Positions 11,835 through 23,276 of a stretch of DNA of 64,000 nt are shown one piece after another. The position numbers and the translations under genes are program-made. This DNA is from Centroscyllium fabricii (Eukaryota). The stretch is taken from NCBI GenBank assembly GCA_051313645.2, contig JBNRSN020000002.1:348874001-348938000 (forward strand), given 5' to 3'. Numbering within the stretch: position 1 is the first letter of the stretch; the number at the start of each line of letters is the position of its first letter. The notes beneath the pieces were generated by a model. The model saw only the letters and a list, made by a program, of their open reading frames with translations. It made no database searches and was not told where the DNA came from.

Positions 11835-13904
11835 CTGATGGATGTATAATTAGAAACAAAGATGAAATTTAAAACTGAAATTTGATGTTACTACACATTG
11901 CATTATACAGCACTAGCAGGTTTGATACTGCAATATGATTATTGAGAAACAGTGCATCAAGCTACTCAAAAGTATGAGATAATACATCCATTGAAACACT
12001 ATGGAATTGGTTTCAACGTCCATAAATTATTAGATCAGCGGCAAAAGTTCAAAGTAAGTTTTATCTAGAGTGGAGAAAAAAAACATCCTCCAATAAGCCA
12101 TGTTTCAGTAATAAAGTCAGAGACTCTTACTGCTTGGAATGTTTCCAGAACAGGACTAGCAGAGGTTGGTAACATCCATTCCCCTAGCTGACAAACATGC
12201 AGCGCTATCCCTCAACTTATTGGGACTTGTACTTTTACGCTCCTATAGATATGAGACACACATCTATAGAGAGGGCACTACTTCAAGTACTTGCACCTCT
12301 AATCAAAAGCTCCCAACACAATGGTGAGAACAAGTCAAGACATAATTTTATTTAGGAATTTTCAAAATGGCACATTTCAAATGCAACTTAACCCCTTACC
12401 ATTTTCACCAATTAGAATCGTCTTTTTTTTTCAAAAAAAGAGATTCCCTCACCATTATCTCTATTTGTAATGCATTGATTTCAAAATCGTTGCCCTTATT
12501 TACAAATCCCACCATGTCCTTGCTCCACCTTCTGTAACCTCCTCCAGCCCCACTTCCCAGCTTGCACCCTTCACCTTCTGATTCTGGACTATTACTCGTT
12601 TCCCAGCTTCCTTTACTCCTGGTGGTAAAGTGCTCAGGCACCATGGCCCAACATTGTGTAATTCCCTTCCTAAACCCACTTGCCTTGCCATATTTTTCTC
12701 CACCTTCTAAAGCTTCTCAAAACCTAATTCTATGTCCATACCTTTGGTTACCTCCTCTAACTCCTGCCTGGTGAGGTTAGCCCCTCAACGAAGTGCCGTA
12801 GGAAATTCTGCTATGTAAGAAGCCCTATATAAGCATAAATTGTTTATAATTCAGCACTATAATAATTAATTTGGCATACTCTCAAACTGGAATGTGGTTT
12901 CTACATTTCATATAGAAAATTTATGTAAATAAAGGATATACAACGAGGCTTAGTGGTTTACCAAAAAAAGTCTTTACAACTCACCAATGTCACAGTAAAC
13001 CATCAAGTCAAAGTTGTGCATCCGATTTATACCACATCACTTTACAGAAATTGCAACTTCATGGTTCAAAGTATCTGTTCAAATAAATATTTAGAGAAAT
13101 GAATAAGGAGACCAAGGATTTATTAATTTTGGAGATCGGTAGCAGGAAAGACAGATGCATAAAAATAGCCTGGTCAAGGGTATTCCAGCACAAAAGATAG
13201 CTGGTGCAGACAGGTATTGGAGGTATGTGGCAAAGCTTAAGGCATGGACATCACAGGGGCCAGTGGGAGAGTAAGTGATGGAAACAGCAAAGATTGAGGC
13301 AGCAGGCTGGACTAGAAGAGATGGACACAAACAGACACGTCAGAAATAAGTGTCAGGGAATACAGCCAGAGTGGGGAGATATGGGCCTTTAAGACAATAT
13401 TATGAATAGAAAAGGAAAGACAAAGGAAAGAGATTTAAGATTAGAAAAGCTGGAGGTATTTGTGTGTGACTGTTGCAAAATTTAGAGAATGAGAAACTTT
13501 ATAATATTGCTTGCCAGAAGTTCTCAATGTTAATTCATCAATGACCAGAAGTAAAGTGAGAAACTGACAGTTCATAAGGGCAAGCCAAAAAAGTAGTGGG
13601 CAAGATGGGTATTGACTCTGGATACTAAAAGTAGAAAAACATTTCAATCCAGAGTAATATCCTTAATGAGCATAAGAAAGTAATTCATTCATCAGCTCTT
13701 GGCAGGAATAACCAACTGCTCGAGAGTGGTCGAGAGAAGAGGGGCAGATCCAATTCAGTTAACAGACTGCAGAAACTAACACACTACACTTAAACAGAAC
13801 TTGCCATCCAGCATACATCAGACCTGCCCCCATTGTTACTAAAAATATTTAATTTAATACTTTCATTTTTTTCCCTTCCTCTTTAAAAAAAAAAAAAAAA
13901 AAAT

Positions 13905-14255
13905 GTTCTCTCCTTTCTTCCTCTTCCGCTGAAGGTGCTGACTCCATACTGTCCCAAATGGCCATTAATCATATATGAACATTGACAGTGAATGTCGGCG
14001 ACTGGTAGGCACATCACAGTAGAGTCTGATCCTGCTCTTAAGTAGTCCACACGTGCCCATTTTCAGCAAGGGTCACTGCATAATGACCAGGAGAGGGAAT
14101 TCTGGCTAATCTGCCCCTCTAAACCCAGGGGTACGGAGGACAATTGTAGCATCTAGGCTAAAATCGGCTTATTCATTATAAGATGGGGTAGAACCTGGGA
14201 GCTCTCTTTTATAGATGACTCAGCCACTTAATGTATTAGTTAGCTGAGCCACCAA
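13905..14255 (-). mobile_element. LF-SINE-like tRNA-derived SINE (degenerate)
   Basis: Minus strand reads ggtggctcagct...cccaggttct...gctacaattg...ccctggg...cagtgacccttgctgaaa...caggatcag...aatggccatttggg...gagtcagcaccttcag, collinear with the recalled LF-SINE consensus. Confidence 0.65.
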
Positions 14256-14639
14256 AGGAGAACAGTGTTGTTCAGTTTTATAGAAGTTATTTTGCAATGC
14301 ACATCCTTTTAACCAAAATCAAGTTACTTCAGGAAATCAATTCTCTAAAGACTTCAACCACTTGTTGTATAGTTTATATAAATCCAGGCTGTAATATGTC
14401 ATCCGAGGTTGGGGAAGAGAGGAGAAAGAGCGAAGTTAAAACATTATTTAATATTTTATTTAATTAATTTTCATTCTTCCCTTTTTACCAATTTTCACTC
14501 CTTGTTCCTCCTCCCTTGAAGGTGCTCGCTTCTTACTGGAGTAAGGTTCCGAGGATGCCACCTTGTACTGTCCCAAGTGGCCATTCTTGATCCCCCCCAA
14601 GTCACTTACAATTGCACTTTCAAGTTACCAAATGCCGAG

Positions 14640-15660
14640 CCTTTGGCCCTCTATTCGCCACAATACTTGTGCGGTTGTTGATCTGCTTAACCATTCGTTC
14701 TCCTGCACCTTTGATACCTAGGAAAACCTTCATACATCTCCCATTCCAATCACTCCCCCTGGTATGGCTATCTTTGCTCCCTCAAGGCCAAGGGTCACAG
14801 ACTTGAGCATTTCTGGGGCATAACTGATGATTTACCCAACCAGCAACAGATCTTGCTGGAGTCTTGCTCTCCTCTGCCAAATCGCTCACTTCAACCTGGA
14901 GAGCAAAATCCCAGCTGCTTCTTTCCACTACCATTTCTGCAAACCCCTCTCCTCTGCGCCCTCCTTCCTCACCTCCCACAAATACGAGGAGCTCATGGAC
15001 TTGTCAGCAAAATTGAGACCATGCGTTCAGCCATCTCTGCTGCTTTCTCCTCTTCCCCTTGCCCACCAAGCCACACCTCTCCCTCCCCAGGCTTCACCTG
15101 CTCTAGTGCTGAACCTGCATCTTTCTCTAGTTTCTTTCCCATCATTTCCCCTCACAAGCTTATATTGTCCATGAGACTCACCTCCATCTTCTTTGACCCC
15201 ATTCCCACTAAACTGCTGACCACACAACTTCCCATCCTGGCCCTCGTGCTGGCTGATACTGTAAATGGTTCTTTCTCAAGTACTGTCGCCATCCCTTTCA
15301 AAAACTGCTATTATCACCCATCCTTCTAAAAAAAAAACAATCTCGTAACTTCCTCCAGTCTACAACTTTCTCCCCCAAACACTCTGCTCCTTTTACTCTG
15401 GTTTCTTTTGCATTCCCTCCTGCCTTCAGCTGTTTAGGCTCATTGCTCTGAAATTCCCCCCCTAAATCTCTACGCCACCTCCCTCTCCTCCTTTAAGACC
15501 CTCCTTAAAACCCACCTGTTTGACCAAGCTTTTGGTCACCCCTCTTAATATCTCCTTTGTTGGCTTGATGTCCATTTCTGTCTGGTTATGCCTCCGGGAA
15601 GTGCCTCGAGATGTTTTTCTACGTTAGAGGAACTATATAAATGCAAGTTATTGTTATTGC
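14640..15660 (+). mobile_element. L2-type LINE fragments with 3' tail
   Basis: LDPIPTKLL-like motif; tail ...cttaaaacccacctgtttgaccaagcttttgg...ctatataaatgcaagttattg. A similar shorter tail lies at ~12440-12840. Confidence 0.75.
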
Positions 15661-15959
15661 TGTCATCATTGCTTAACCTTTGCAATGCATTCTCAATAAT
15701 AGTCTGCAGTAAAATCTGGACTATATGTAGTTACCCATGACACAGCAGTGTATGGTTCAAAGCACTTAGCAATGGAAACAGTTAATTAAAAAAAAAAAAA
15801 AAAAAAGGGCTTGGTTTCTCAAGAGCAAAGCATCTCTCGATGACAAATGTCACTTAAAGAAAGTTCATCCATATCTCCACTGGGAAGTTCATCGTCCATA
15901 TAGAAACTCTCCACTTCATTCTTTAAATCCTCGTCTAAATTTAGCCTATTTTAGTTACT

Positions 15960-16160
15960 GCAGCAATGCGGTTGCTACAATTGCCCTCTGGGGATGGAGA
16001 AAGAAATTCACCATGGCTCTTACTCCTCTTCATTATCAAGTGAATTCTACTGGAATTTGTATGTATATGGGCGCTAGGTAAGGACAGGATTGGACTCAGC
16101 TGTGATACCGCCCCACCCCATTGTTAGTCCTCCAGTACCTCACTGAAGTGGCCATTCCTT
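15960..16160 (+). mobile_element. LF-SINE-like fragment
   Basis: gctacaattg...gtaaggacaggattggactcagctgtgat...gaagtggcca, homologous to the copy at 13905-14255. Confidence 0.55.
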
Positions 16161-16289
16161 GTGTACAAAATCGCAATTATTGTCAATCATCAGTTTCAGC
16201 TCCAATTTACGGAAACTACTGTTAGTATTTCGACAGATTTGGTGTTAAACTAAACACAACTTTCAACAGTAAGAGGAGCAGATGGTATT

Positions 16290-16525
16290 GAACAAAACAT
16301 AAAATGCTGGAAACTCTCAGCAAGTCAGATAAACTCTGTGAAGAAAGGAAAGAGGCTAGGTTAACATTTGAGGTCTATGATCCTTTGTCAGAACCTAGTC
16401 CTGCCGAAGGGTCATAGACCTGAAACATTAACCTAACCTTTTTCCTTTCACTAAGAATGCTGCCTAACACGCTGAGCGTTTGCAACATTTTCTGTTCTAT
16501 TTCAGATTTCTTGTAGTTTGCTTTT
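16290..16525. mobile_element. Palindromic Penelope-derived repeat with degenerate hammerhead-ribozyme cores
   Basis: Arms aaaatgctggaaactctcagc / gctgagcgtttgcaacatttt and ggttaacatttgaggtctatgatccttt / aagggtcatagacctgaaacattaacc are inverted; core CTGCCGA-AGGGTCATAGACCT-GAAA. Confidence 0.7.
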
Positions 16526-16709
16526 TGTGGTACTGAACAAAACTGGATGAGCTTCTCATTAACATTTTTTAAAATATACTAGAATAAGTTTCTGAAAGCC
16601 AGTATAAATTTAGCTTGCATCAAACCCAAAACTGAAAAAATAATTAGTGCTGATAGTTTCCTAAATGTCAGACCCTGAGAATGGCAGTCTACACCCCAGC
16701 TTTCCTTAC

Positions 16710-16887
16710 TTGAGTCCTCCAGTGGATACGTTATGGCATTTTTTGTGCTCCAACAGTTGCTCTGGTGTTTTCAAAAATTTGTGACAGATGTCACACTCAT
16801 ACATCCTGGTGATGAGGTGGATCTGCAGATGTCGTTCATACATCATCTTTGTTTTACACACAAAGTTACAGAAGATGCACTCAAAAC
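16710..16887 (-). CDS. ZNF827: ZNF827 internal exon (two C2H2 fingers)
   Basis: tag|GT TTT GAG TGC ATC TTC TGT ... GGA GGA CTC AA|gtaag; GFECIFCNFVCKTKMMYERHLQIHLITRMYECDICHKFLKTPEQLLEHKKCH; phases fit both neighbours. Confidence 0.93.
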
Positions 16888-17725
16888 CTAAAGGATTAAC
16901 ACAAGCACCATAATTATAAATCTAAAAATGAAAACATTAGGACAGGGTGGATTTTCAAGTATATATATATTATGCTGGGCATATAGCACGATACTGCTAT
17001 AAATGATACTAGGTTTGATTGACAAGTCCCAATAAAAAACAGTAATTAATTTAGTTATGAGTTATGATCAGCCTCGGTAAGATGGAGGGTGGGAAAAGTA
17101 TGAGCACTACTTCCTTCAACAGCAAAAGTTGCTTTTATATTGGATTCGTTCTGTGCAAGTGCTGTCAACCCCAGACATGCAGGTCTCATGCAGCAGGCAG
17201 CAATCCCAAAATAAACTTGCCAGATTTACCATGATTGACACCGTGCGCCAGGAGCCGGCGTCACTGGCGCAATCTCCCGCAATAGAAAAACACAGAAGCC
17301 TGAATTCGCCATTCAAGAAATCATGGTGTCACATTTTAGGCTCTACGCCACCCCGCTCCACCTCCGCCCCCTCCCCCCCCCCCGCCCCCGCCCCCTTTCT
17401 CAAACATCTTTTATCGTATTTATAGTTTAACAACAGTTTCAGTAAGCAGACTGAGTCTCTTGCAAGCTGAAACCTACACCTGTATACACCGCTGCATATC
17501 TGTCAGTATAATCCAGGTCTAGCAATTAACCCTGAAATGTGGTAAATTGCTTCCTTGAGAATGGGATGCTCACCGCTCTCTCCTGTCACCTGCCAAGGTG
17601 AAAATACCTACATGTTTATTTATAGATAAAGTAATGTGCACAAGCAGAAAGATTGGCAAGATAATAAACAGCACTGTAATCAAACTTGCACTACACAGGA
17701 ACCAGACTGTTTAAAAAAAGACAGT

Positions 17726-18660
17726 GGGGCTGAAACCCCGGGCTACAGTGGCTGTAGGTTAAGTGGCAGGAGATGTCCATCTCGGATCTCTGGCACTGAC
17801 CCTGCCAAAATTCACCGGAGCAGGAGGTGATTCCTTAGTTTAAATACCCCAGGAAGGGGCCTGTGAGACTAGGGACAGGCCTCAAATTCCTGCTTTCTCC
17901 AAGAGACTACAGAGGGGTGTGTTGGGTTGGAGCGGCAGGGGCAACGTAACATTACGGCCCCCCCATCTGAAACATAATTAATGTACTCTTATTTTCCCCT
18001 TCACTGTCACAAAATCTTGTTTCTTCGGGGCTCCATAATTCAATAATAATAATAATTCAACTTTATTGTCATTATACAATGTACAAGTACATGAACAACG
18101 AAATGTGATCTTGCAAGCTCCCAAGAGTCCCGCAAAGCCGCTGCGTCTGTGCGCGCCGCCATTCCATCTTTCCATCATTCCGACAATCTTCAGCCAACCG
18201 CCCCTCCCCGGGGCTCCTTTCGTGACCTTCTGCACCTGGTATTCCCTGGTGGTCACCCCTCCATGTACTAACCAGGCCTGGCTCTGCTTAGCTTCCAAGC
18301 CTTGCCAGTGGCCCTGTCCCTAGTCCCAGGAACAGGCCAAGCCTGGTTTCCCAGGTAGGCTCCATTTCTGTCATTGGATTGGTCTGTACGCTGTGTCTCA
18401 CTCAGTGTACTTGTCCACCAATGCTCTGTCAGGCCAGGGACGAGGAAACACCAGGCCTGGGAATCCCCATCCTCGGTCATGTCACCTCAATGCTACGGAT
18501 CTCGTTTGGGGGAAGGTGGATGCTCCGCCCCTTACAAGACTCCATAGAAACTCCAGGGAAAGGCCGGGGACCCGGGGTATTTGAGTCCCTACCTAATTTG
18601 GGACCCTTCCTGCCGGATATCCGCAGGAGGGCGCAGCAAGGGCCGCAGATTTTCAGCCTC
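17726..18660. mobile_element. Possible GC-rich MITE with a LINE-type tail inserted near 18045
   Basis: Short TIR-like ends GGGGCTGAAA / TTTTCAGCCTC; internal (aat)n-ctttattgtc tail; boundaries uncertain. Confidence 0.35.
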
Positions 18661-20530
18661 GTGTCTATAGTTCTTACAGCTCCTCTCAGTAAATTCTTAG
18701 AAACATGTGGTCTATGGTGGCATAAATGGAGGATTATTCTTAGCGCTCTAATTGCCACATTATAGGTGAAGCAAATAGAAAACGAAAGACCACAGTAAAG
18801 TGCCTGCATTAGAAGAATGTCCTCTGACATTCAGGGAGATTTCTACCTTTATATTATGTGATTTCAGATAATTAAGGTAAATCAAATTTCGGGTTGCTAC
18901 ATCTCTGAAAGGTTTGTGTGAGGACCTCATTGCTCTGTTACAATACATGTAACTGGCTTCTTGCAATCTGATCTGGTCATTATATTCAATAGGAAACATC
19001 TGCCCTAAATGGGTTTACTTTGTTGTTCCAATATGTATTGGGCTATATGAAATTCTGAGTCATTAGAGTAACCCAATATCAGGGCGAAATCACACTGAAG
19101 GAAATGGATGTTTAAGGAAACAGTAAATATGGAGATACTGTTAAAAAGAAAAAAGGCCTCGCACTTATTTGGCACCTTATCGTATCTTTTAGAATTATCT
19201 CCAAGTGCTTTGCATACAATGAATTGCTTTTAAGTGCAGTCACTGTTAGGTAGGCATTTGCTGACAGTAATGCTCCACAAACAGCAATGAGATGCATCAA
19301 CAGTTAACGTCTTTTGATGAGATTGGTTGACATCTCATTTTGCAAGGTGCAAGATGTGTTAAACTGTCAGTATGTTTACTTGAAAAAAAATGGTTGTAAC
19401 ATGAAATAATTGTTACATTGCAGAATAGGCTGCTAAGCTTATTTCTGTCAATGAGATCCAAAGTCTGTGGATGAACTGGATTTGCATCATCTATGCACAT
19501 CTCATCGTAAAGGTTTACCAAGAAATAAACCTCATTGTTCAATCAAAAGTCCTGTTGCTCATCACACCATGCAAGCAATACAATTTATGAACAGGGTATA
19601 TTAACCCCTTGTGAACAAATTGCAGTTTAATTTTTTTAAGCACTGTGTTGTTGCTGGACACCTTGCTGCGTCGTTTGACTTCTGTCTATTATTTAAGCCG
19701 TAAATACATATAGAGAAGTAATTTTGGCCTCTACATATTGGTCTGATAGCATACTGGTCCGGCTATGGGAATGATAGGAAAACATGGTGGACATCCCACA
19801 TATTTTCCAGTGGCCAACATACTGTGATTTAAGAGTTAATCATTAAACTTGGGCACTTTATTCCATGCACAGCATATATATGGATAAAGATTTTGGATCA
19901 TGGGAGATCCGGTCTGTTTATGGAAAATGCTGTCCAGGAATGTGAACACAAGCATGCTGGGGTAAAGCCCAAACACCAATTCTTTTCCATTGAAGTTCAA
20001 ACTATTTCTTTGCAGCAATCAAAATTCTAAGTTTTAATACCTTAGCAGACAAAAAAAAAATCATTTAGACTAGTGGGTTCTGGACACCCAGAATAACCTG
20101 TTTATTTTGACACCTGCAGTAACTGGAAGTTAAACCTCAATGCTTAACAACATGCTGCATTCACTCGCCACCTTTATCGTCATTGATTTTTGAACGAAAG
20201 GTATCTGTGCATCTTTCTTGCAGACTTACGGTTTTCTGTCTTTTATTTAGAAACTTACTGAAAGACAGCCTCTAATTAAATCCTAGCTACTTTTACACCA
20301 TTCTGGCTTGTCATACAGGGTGCAAGCTCGCATTTCAATATTCAGTTGCACAGCACGAAGATAGGTCTCAGGTCTATGAATAAGAAGTACTTCCCCATCG
20401 ACTTGGCTTCCAGTTTAACGGCTAAAGTGGCTCAACATAAGAAGGGAAAAAGAATATAACCGTCTGGATACAGTTATCAACAACATAAAAATCTTCGATT
20501 GGATTCTTGAGACAATAAACACTCCCTCAC

Positions 20531-20794
20531 CTTTCTCTGTTTTTTCCTCAGAACCTGATGTAGATGACCCACTGAATGCCACTGCAGGGTTGAAGGAAGT
20601 GGTTTGCTCTTCGTTGGTGAAGTCAGAGTTGGGGATTTCAGATTCAATGACAGAATCACAAAGTGCTGAAGATGAAGACAATGAAGACGACGACAACGAG
20701 GACGATGATGATGACGACGAAGAAGAGGAGAACATTGGAGCTGCCTTGGATTCACTGCTGGGGCTAAGACAAGAGGGCGTTTGGACTTTCTCAT
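20531..20794 (-). CDS. ZNF827: ZNF827 internal exon (Ser-rich linker)
   Basis: cag|AT GAG AAA GTC ... GAG AAA G|gtgag; ends SEEKTEKG, similar to recalled SEEKPEKG; contains a poly-Ser tract; 264 nt, phase 1-1. Confidence 0.88.
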
Positions 20795-20896
20795 CTGTAG
20801 AAATGTCAAATACAATGATGTTAAGACCCAGGAAAGGTTCTGCCATTAGCTGCCAACATATATTTTTTGACAAGTGTAACCCTAAGCGAAAGTGAT

Positions 20897-21538
20897 AGCT
20901 TAGGGCATACGGGATACTTGCCTTTATTAGCTGCGGCATAGAATATATGAGCAGGGAGGTTATGATGGAGCTGTACAAAATGCTAGTTAGGCCACAGCTG
21001 GAGTACTGTGTGCAGTTCTGGTCGCCACACTATAGGAAGGATGTGATTGCATTGGAGAGAGTGCAGAGGAGATTCACCAGGATGTAACGTGGGCTGGAGC
21101 GCTTCAGCTATGAAGAGAGACTGGACAGGCTGGGGTTGTTTTCCTTGGAGTAGAGAAGAGAAGGCTGAGGGGAGACCTGATTGAGGTGTACAAGATTATG
21201 AGGGGCATAGATAGGGTAGATAGAAAGGAACTTTTCCCCTTAGTAGAGGGGTCAATAACCAGTTTCAAGGTAAGGGGTAGCAGGCTTAGAGGGATTTGAG
21301 GAAATACTTTTTCACTCAGAGGGTGGTTAGAATTTGGAACTCAGTCTGAAAGGGTGGTAGAGGCAGGAACCCTCACAACATTCAAGAAGCATTTAGATGA
21401 GCACTTGAAACGCCATAGCATACAAGGCTACGGACCAAGTGCTGGAAAATGGGATTAGAAGAGACAGGGCTTGATGGCCGATGTGGGACACGATGGGCCG
21501 AAGGGCCTCTTTCTGTGCTGTATAACTCTATGACTCTA
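20897..21538 (+). mobile_element. CR1 3' fragment about 100 bp from a ZNF827 splice acceptor
   Basis: AYGILAFISCGIEY...[13 protein letters not shown] motifs, ends taactctatgactcta; same subfamily as 56120-56755. Confidence 0.9.
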
Positions 21539-21944
21539 ATTTGACATAAAAACATTGGCCATCTACCATTACTTTGGTAGAATAGGTGAACCCCAAGAGA
21601 AATGGTGTAAACGTCTGATAACAGCCATAACATCATTTCTCTGCGATTCTGCTGGTCTCCCACCCAAGTTACATTGGGAGATTAGGAGAATTCCTGCAGA
21701 ATTTCCCGGCAATTTTCTTTATTAATTCGACATTATTAGAAAAGGACAATGAGAACTTGTCTTACATTTGGTTAAAATTGAACTCTAAACTTAAGTAATG
21801 ATTTTTGGGGATTTACATTCACTTACCAGGCTATGGTGTTACTGGATTTAAATGCAATTTAATAGATGTGGCCATGGGAGGAAAATTTATAATGCATACC
21901 AAAACTAGCAGTCACCCGGCACTAAAATTAGCTGCCTTGGTTAC

Positions 21945-22111
21945 CTGCATGTGCTGCATCCACATGTGCTTTCATTTCTGTTTCATCCATGCAGGAAAAG
22001 TTACAGGTACTGCAGCACAACGAAAACATCCATTGCTCCTTATCTACATGTAACGACATGTGGCTGACAAACTGCAGGTTCACCTCAGTCTCAAATCCAC
22101 AAACATGGCAG
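21945..22111 (-). CDS. ZNF827: ZNF827 internal exon
   Basis: cag|C TGC CAT GTT TGT ... CAT GCA G|gtaac; SCHVCGFETEVNLQFVSHMSLHVDKEQWMFSLCC. Confidence 0.93.
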
Positions 22112-22255
22112 CTGGATAGAAAATTAGGCAACATGAAAACTATTGCTTTTCATTTTGTTTCATACATGCACAATATTTTAAATAAAATAACACTGGTCCA
22201 ACATGACACTGAACTACGGTGAATTAATATCCTACAAGACAGTAACAGAAATTAC

Positions 22256-22427
22256 CTGTAGTAATATGGACTGTTCTTACGATCACAACTCTTTGAGGTT
22301 ACAGCAGTAGCTATGTCCTCAGAATCTCCACTCACTAACTTCACTGAATGGATTGTCAAATGCTGGTTTAAGTTCGCTCGACACTTGGCAGCATACGGAC
22401 ACAAGTGACACTTGTACCTTCTTTCTT
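22256..22427 (-). CDS. ZNF827: ZNF827 internal exon
   Basis: cag|AA GAA AGA AGG TAC AAG TGT ... TAC TAC AG|gtaat; ERRYKCHLCPYAAKCRANLNQHLTIHSVKLVS...PYY. Confidence 0.93.
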
Positions 22428-22614
22428 CTGCAAAAATAACAGTTTACAATGGTTAGTTTTTAAACACCCTCACGAGACAACCTGTCAGCTCCTCTACGGG
22501 AAGTTCAAATTTAGAGATAGCTACATTTCCTTTTGTCTCTCATCCAGTTTATAAACATTTTTTTTAATTTAAAAACTTACAAACACTGCACTTGTATTCG
22601 TAACATCTCCTTAC

Positions 22615-22752
22615 CTGTGTGTAAAGAAAGGTGTCGAGACAGTGTCTGTTGCCGGCCAAAAACTTTCCCACAAACCTTACAGGGAAAAAGCTGCTCACAA
22701 AATTTCCACGGCGGGGTTATAGTCCCTGACTCGACAGTTAATTTTCCTGCTT
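22615..22752 (-). CDS. ZNF827: ZNF827 internal exon
   Basis: cag|AA GCA GGA ... CAC ACA G|gtaag; QLFPCKVCGKVFGRQQTLSRHLSLHT. Confidence 0.92.
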
Positions 22753-23276
22753 CTGCAAATGGACAATAGTTCTTATGTAGTCTTTACTTCACAGGCATAA
22801 CAGTGTTTTCAACTATGTTTAGAGTGATATCTGTCTTGTCAGAGAGAGTTAGCTTTGTAGAAAAACCATTGCAAAATTTATTCCGTGTTAATTTTAGTAT
22901 TTTCACCCTCTCCTCTTAACAGCCATATTATACTTTTAGTTAGGAAAGTGAGTGGAGACACTACGAGTTCTACTAAAACTTAACGTCAGTGTTATTCCAC
23001 AGATTGGAAAGCATGATGTGGCAGAACCAGCACCAGTTCTAGACACAGTGGGGCTTGTCCACCTCAATAAATTTCAAAATGGACAAAACCCTTCATGTAT
23101 TTTATATGCATATTTTCCTTCCAAGATTATATAATATGGTCTGCCCTTCCATCAGGATTACATTTGTGGCTCCTTACTATAACCATTTTAAAACAGATAT
23201 ATTTAATGCCTTTGTGAAGAAGGGTAGATTTGGATTGTTGACCCAGGATTTATTTATGTACATTCCGACTGGATAT

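Noticed and set aside
20590-20895. Plus-strand ORF with a striking acidic D/E tract
   Set aside because: It is the antisense reading of the poly-Ser ZNF827 exon, whose splice sites and phase are on the minus strand.
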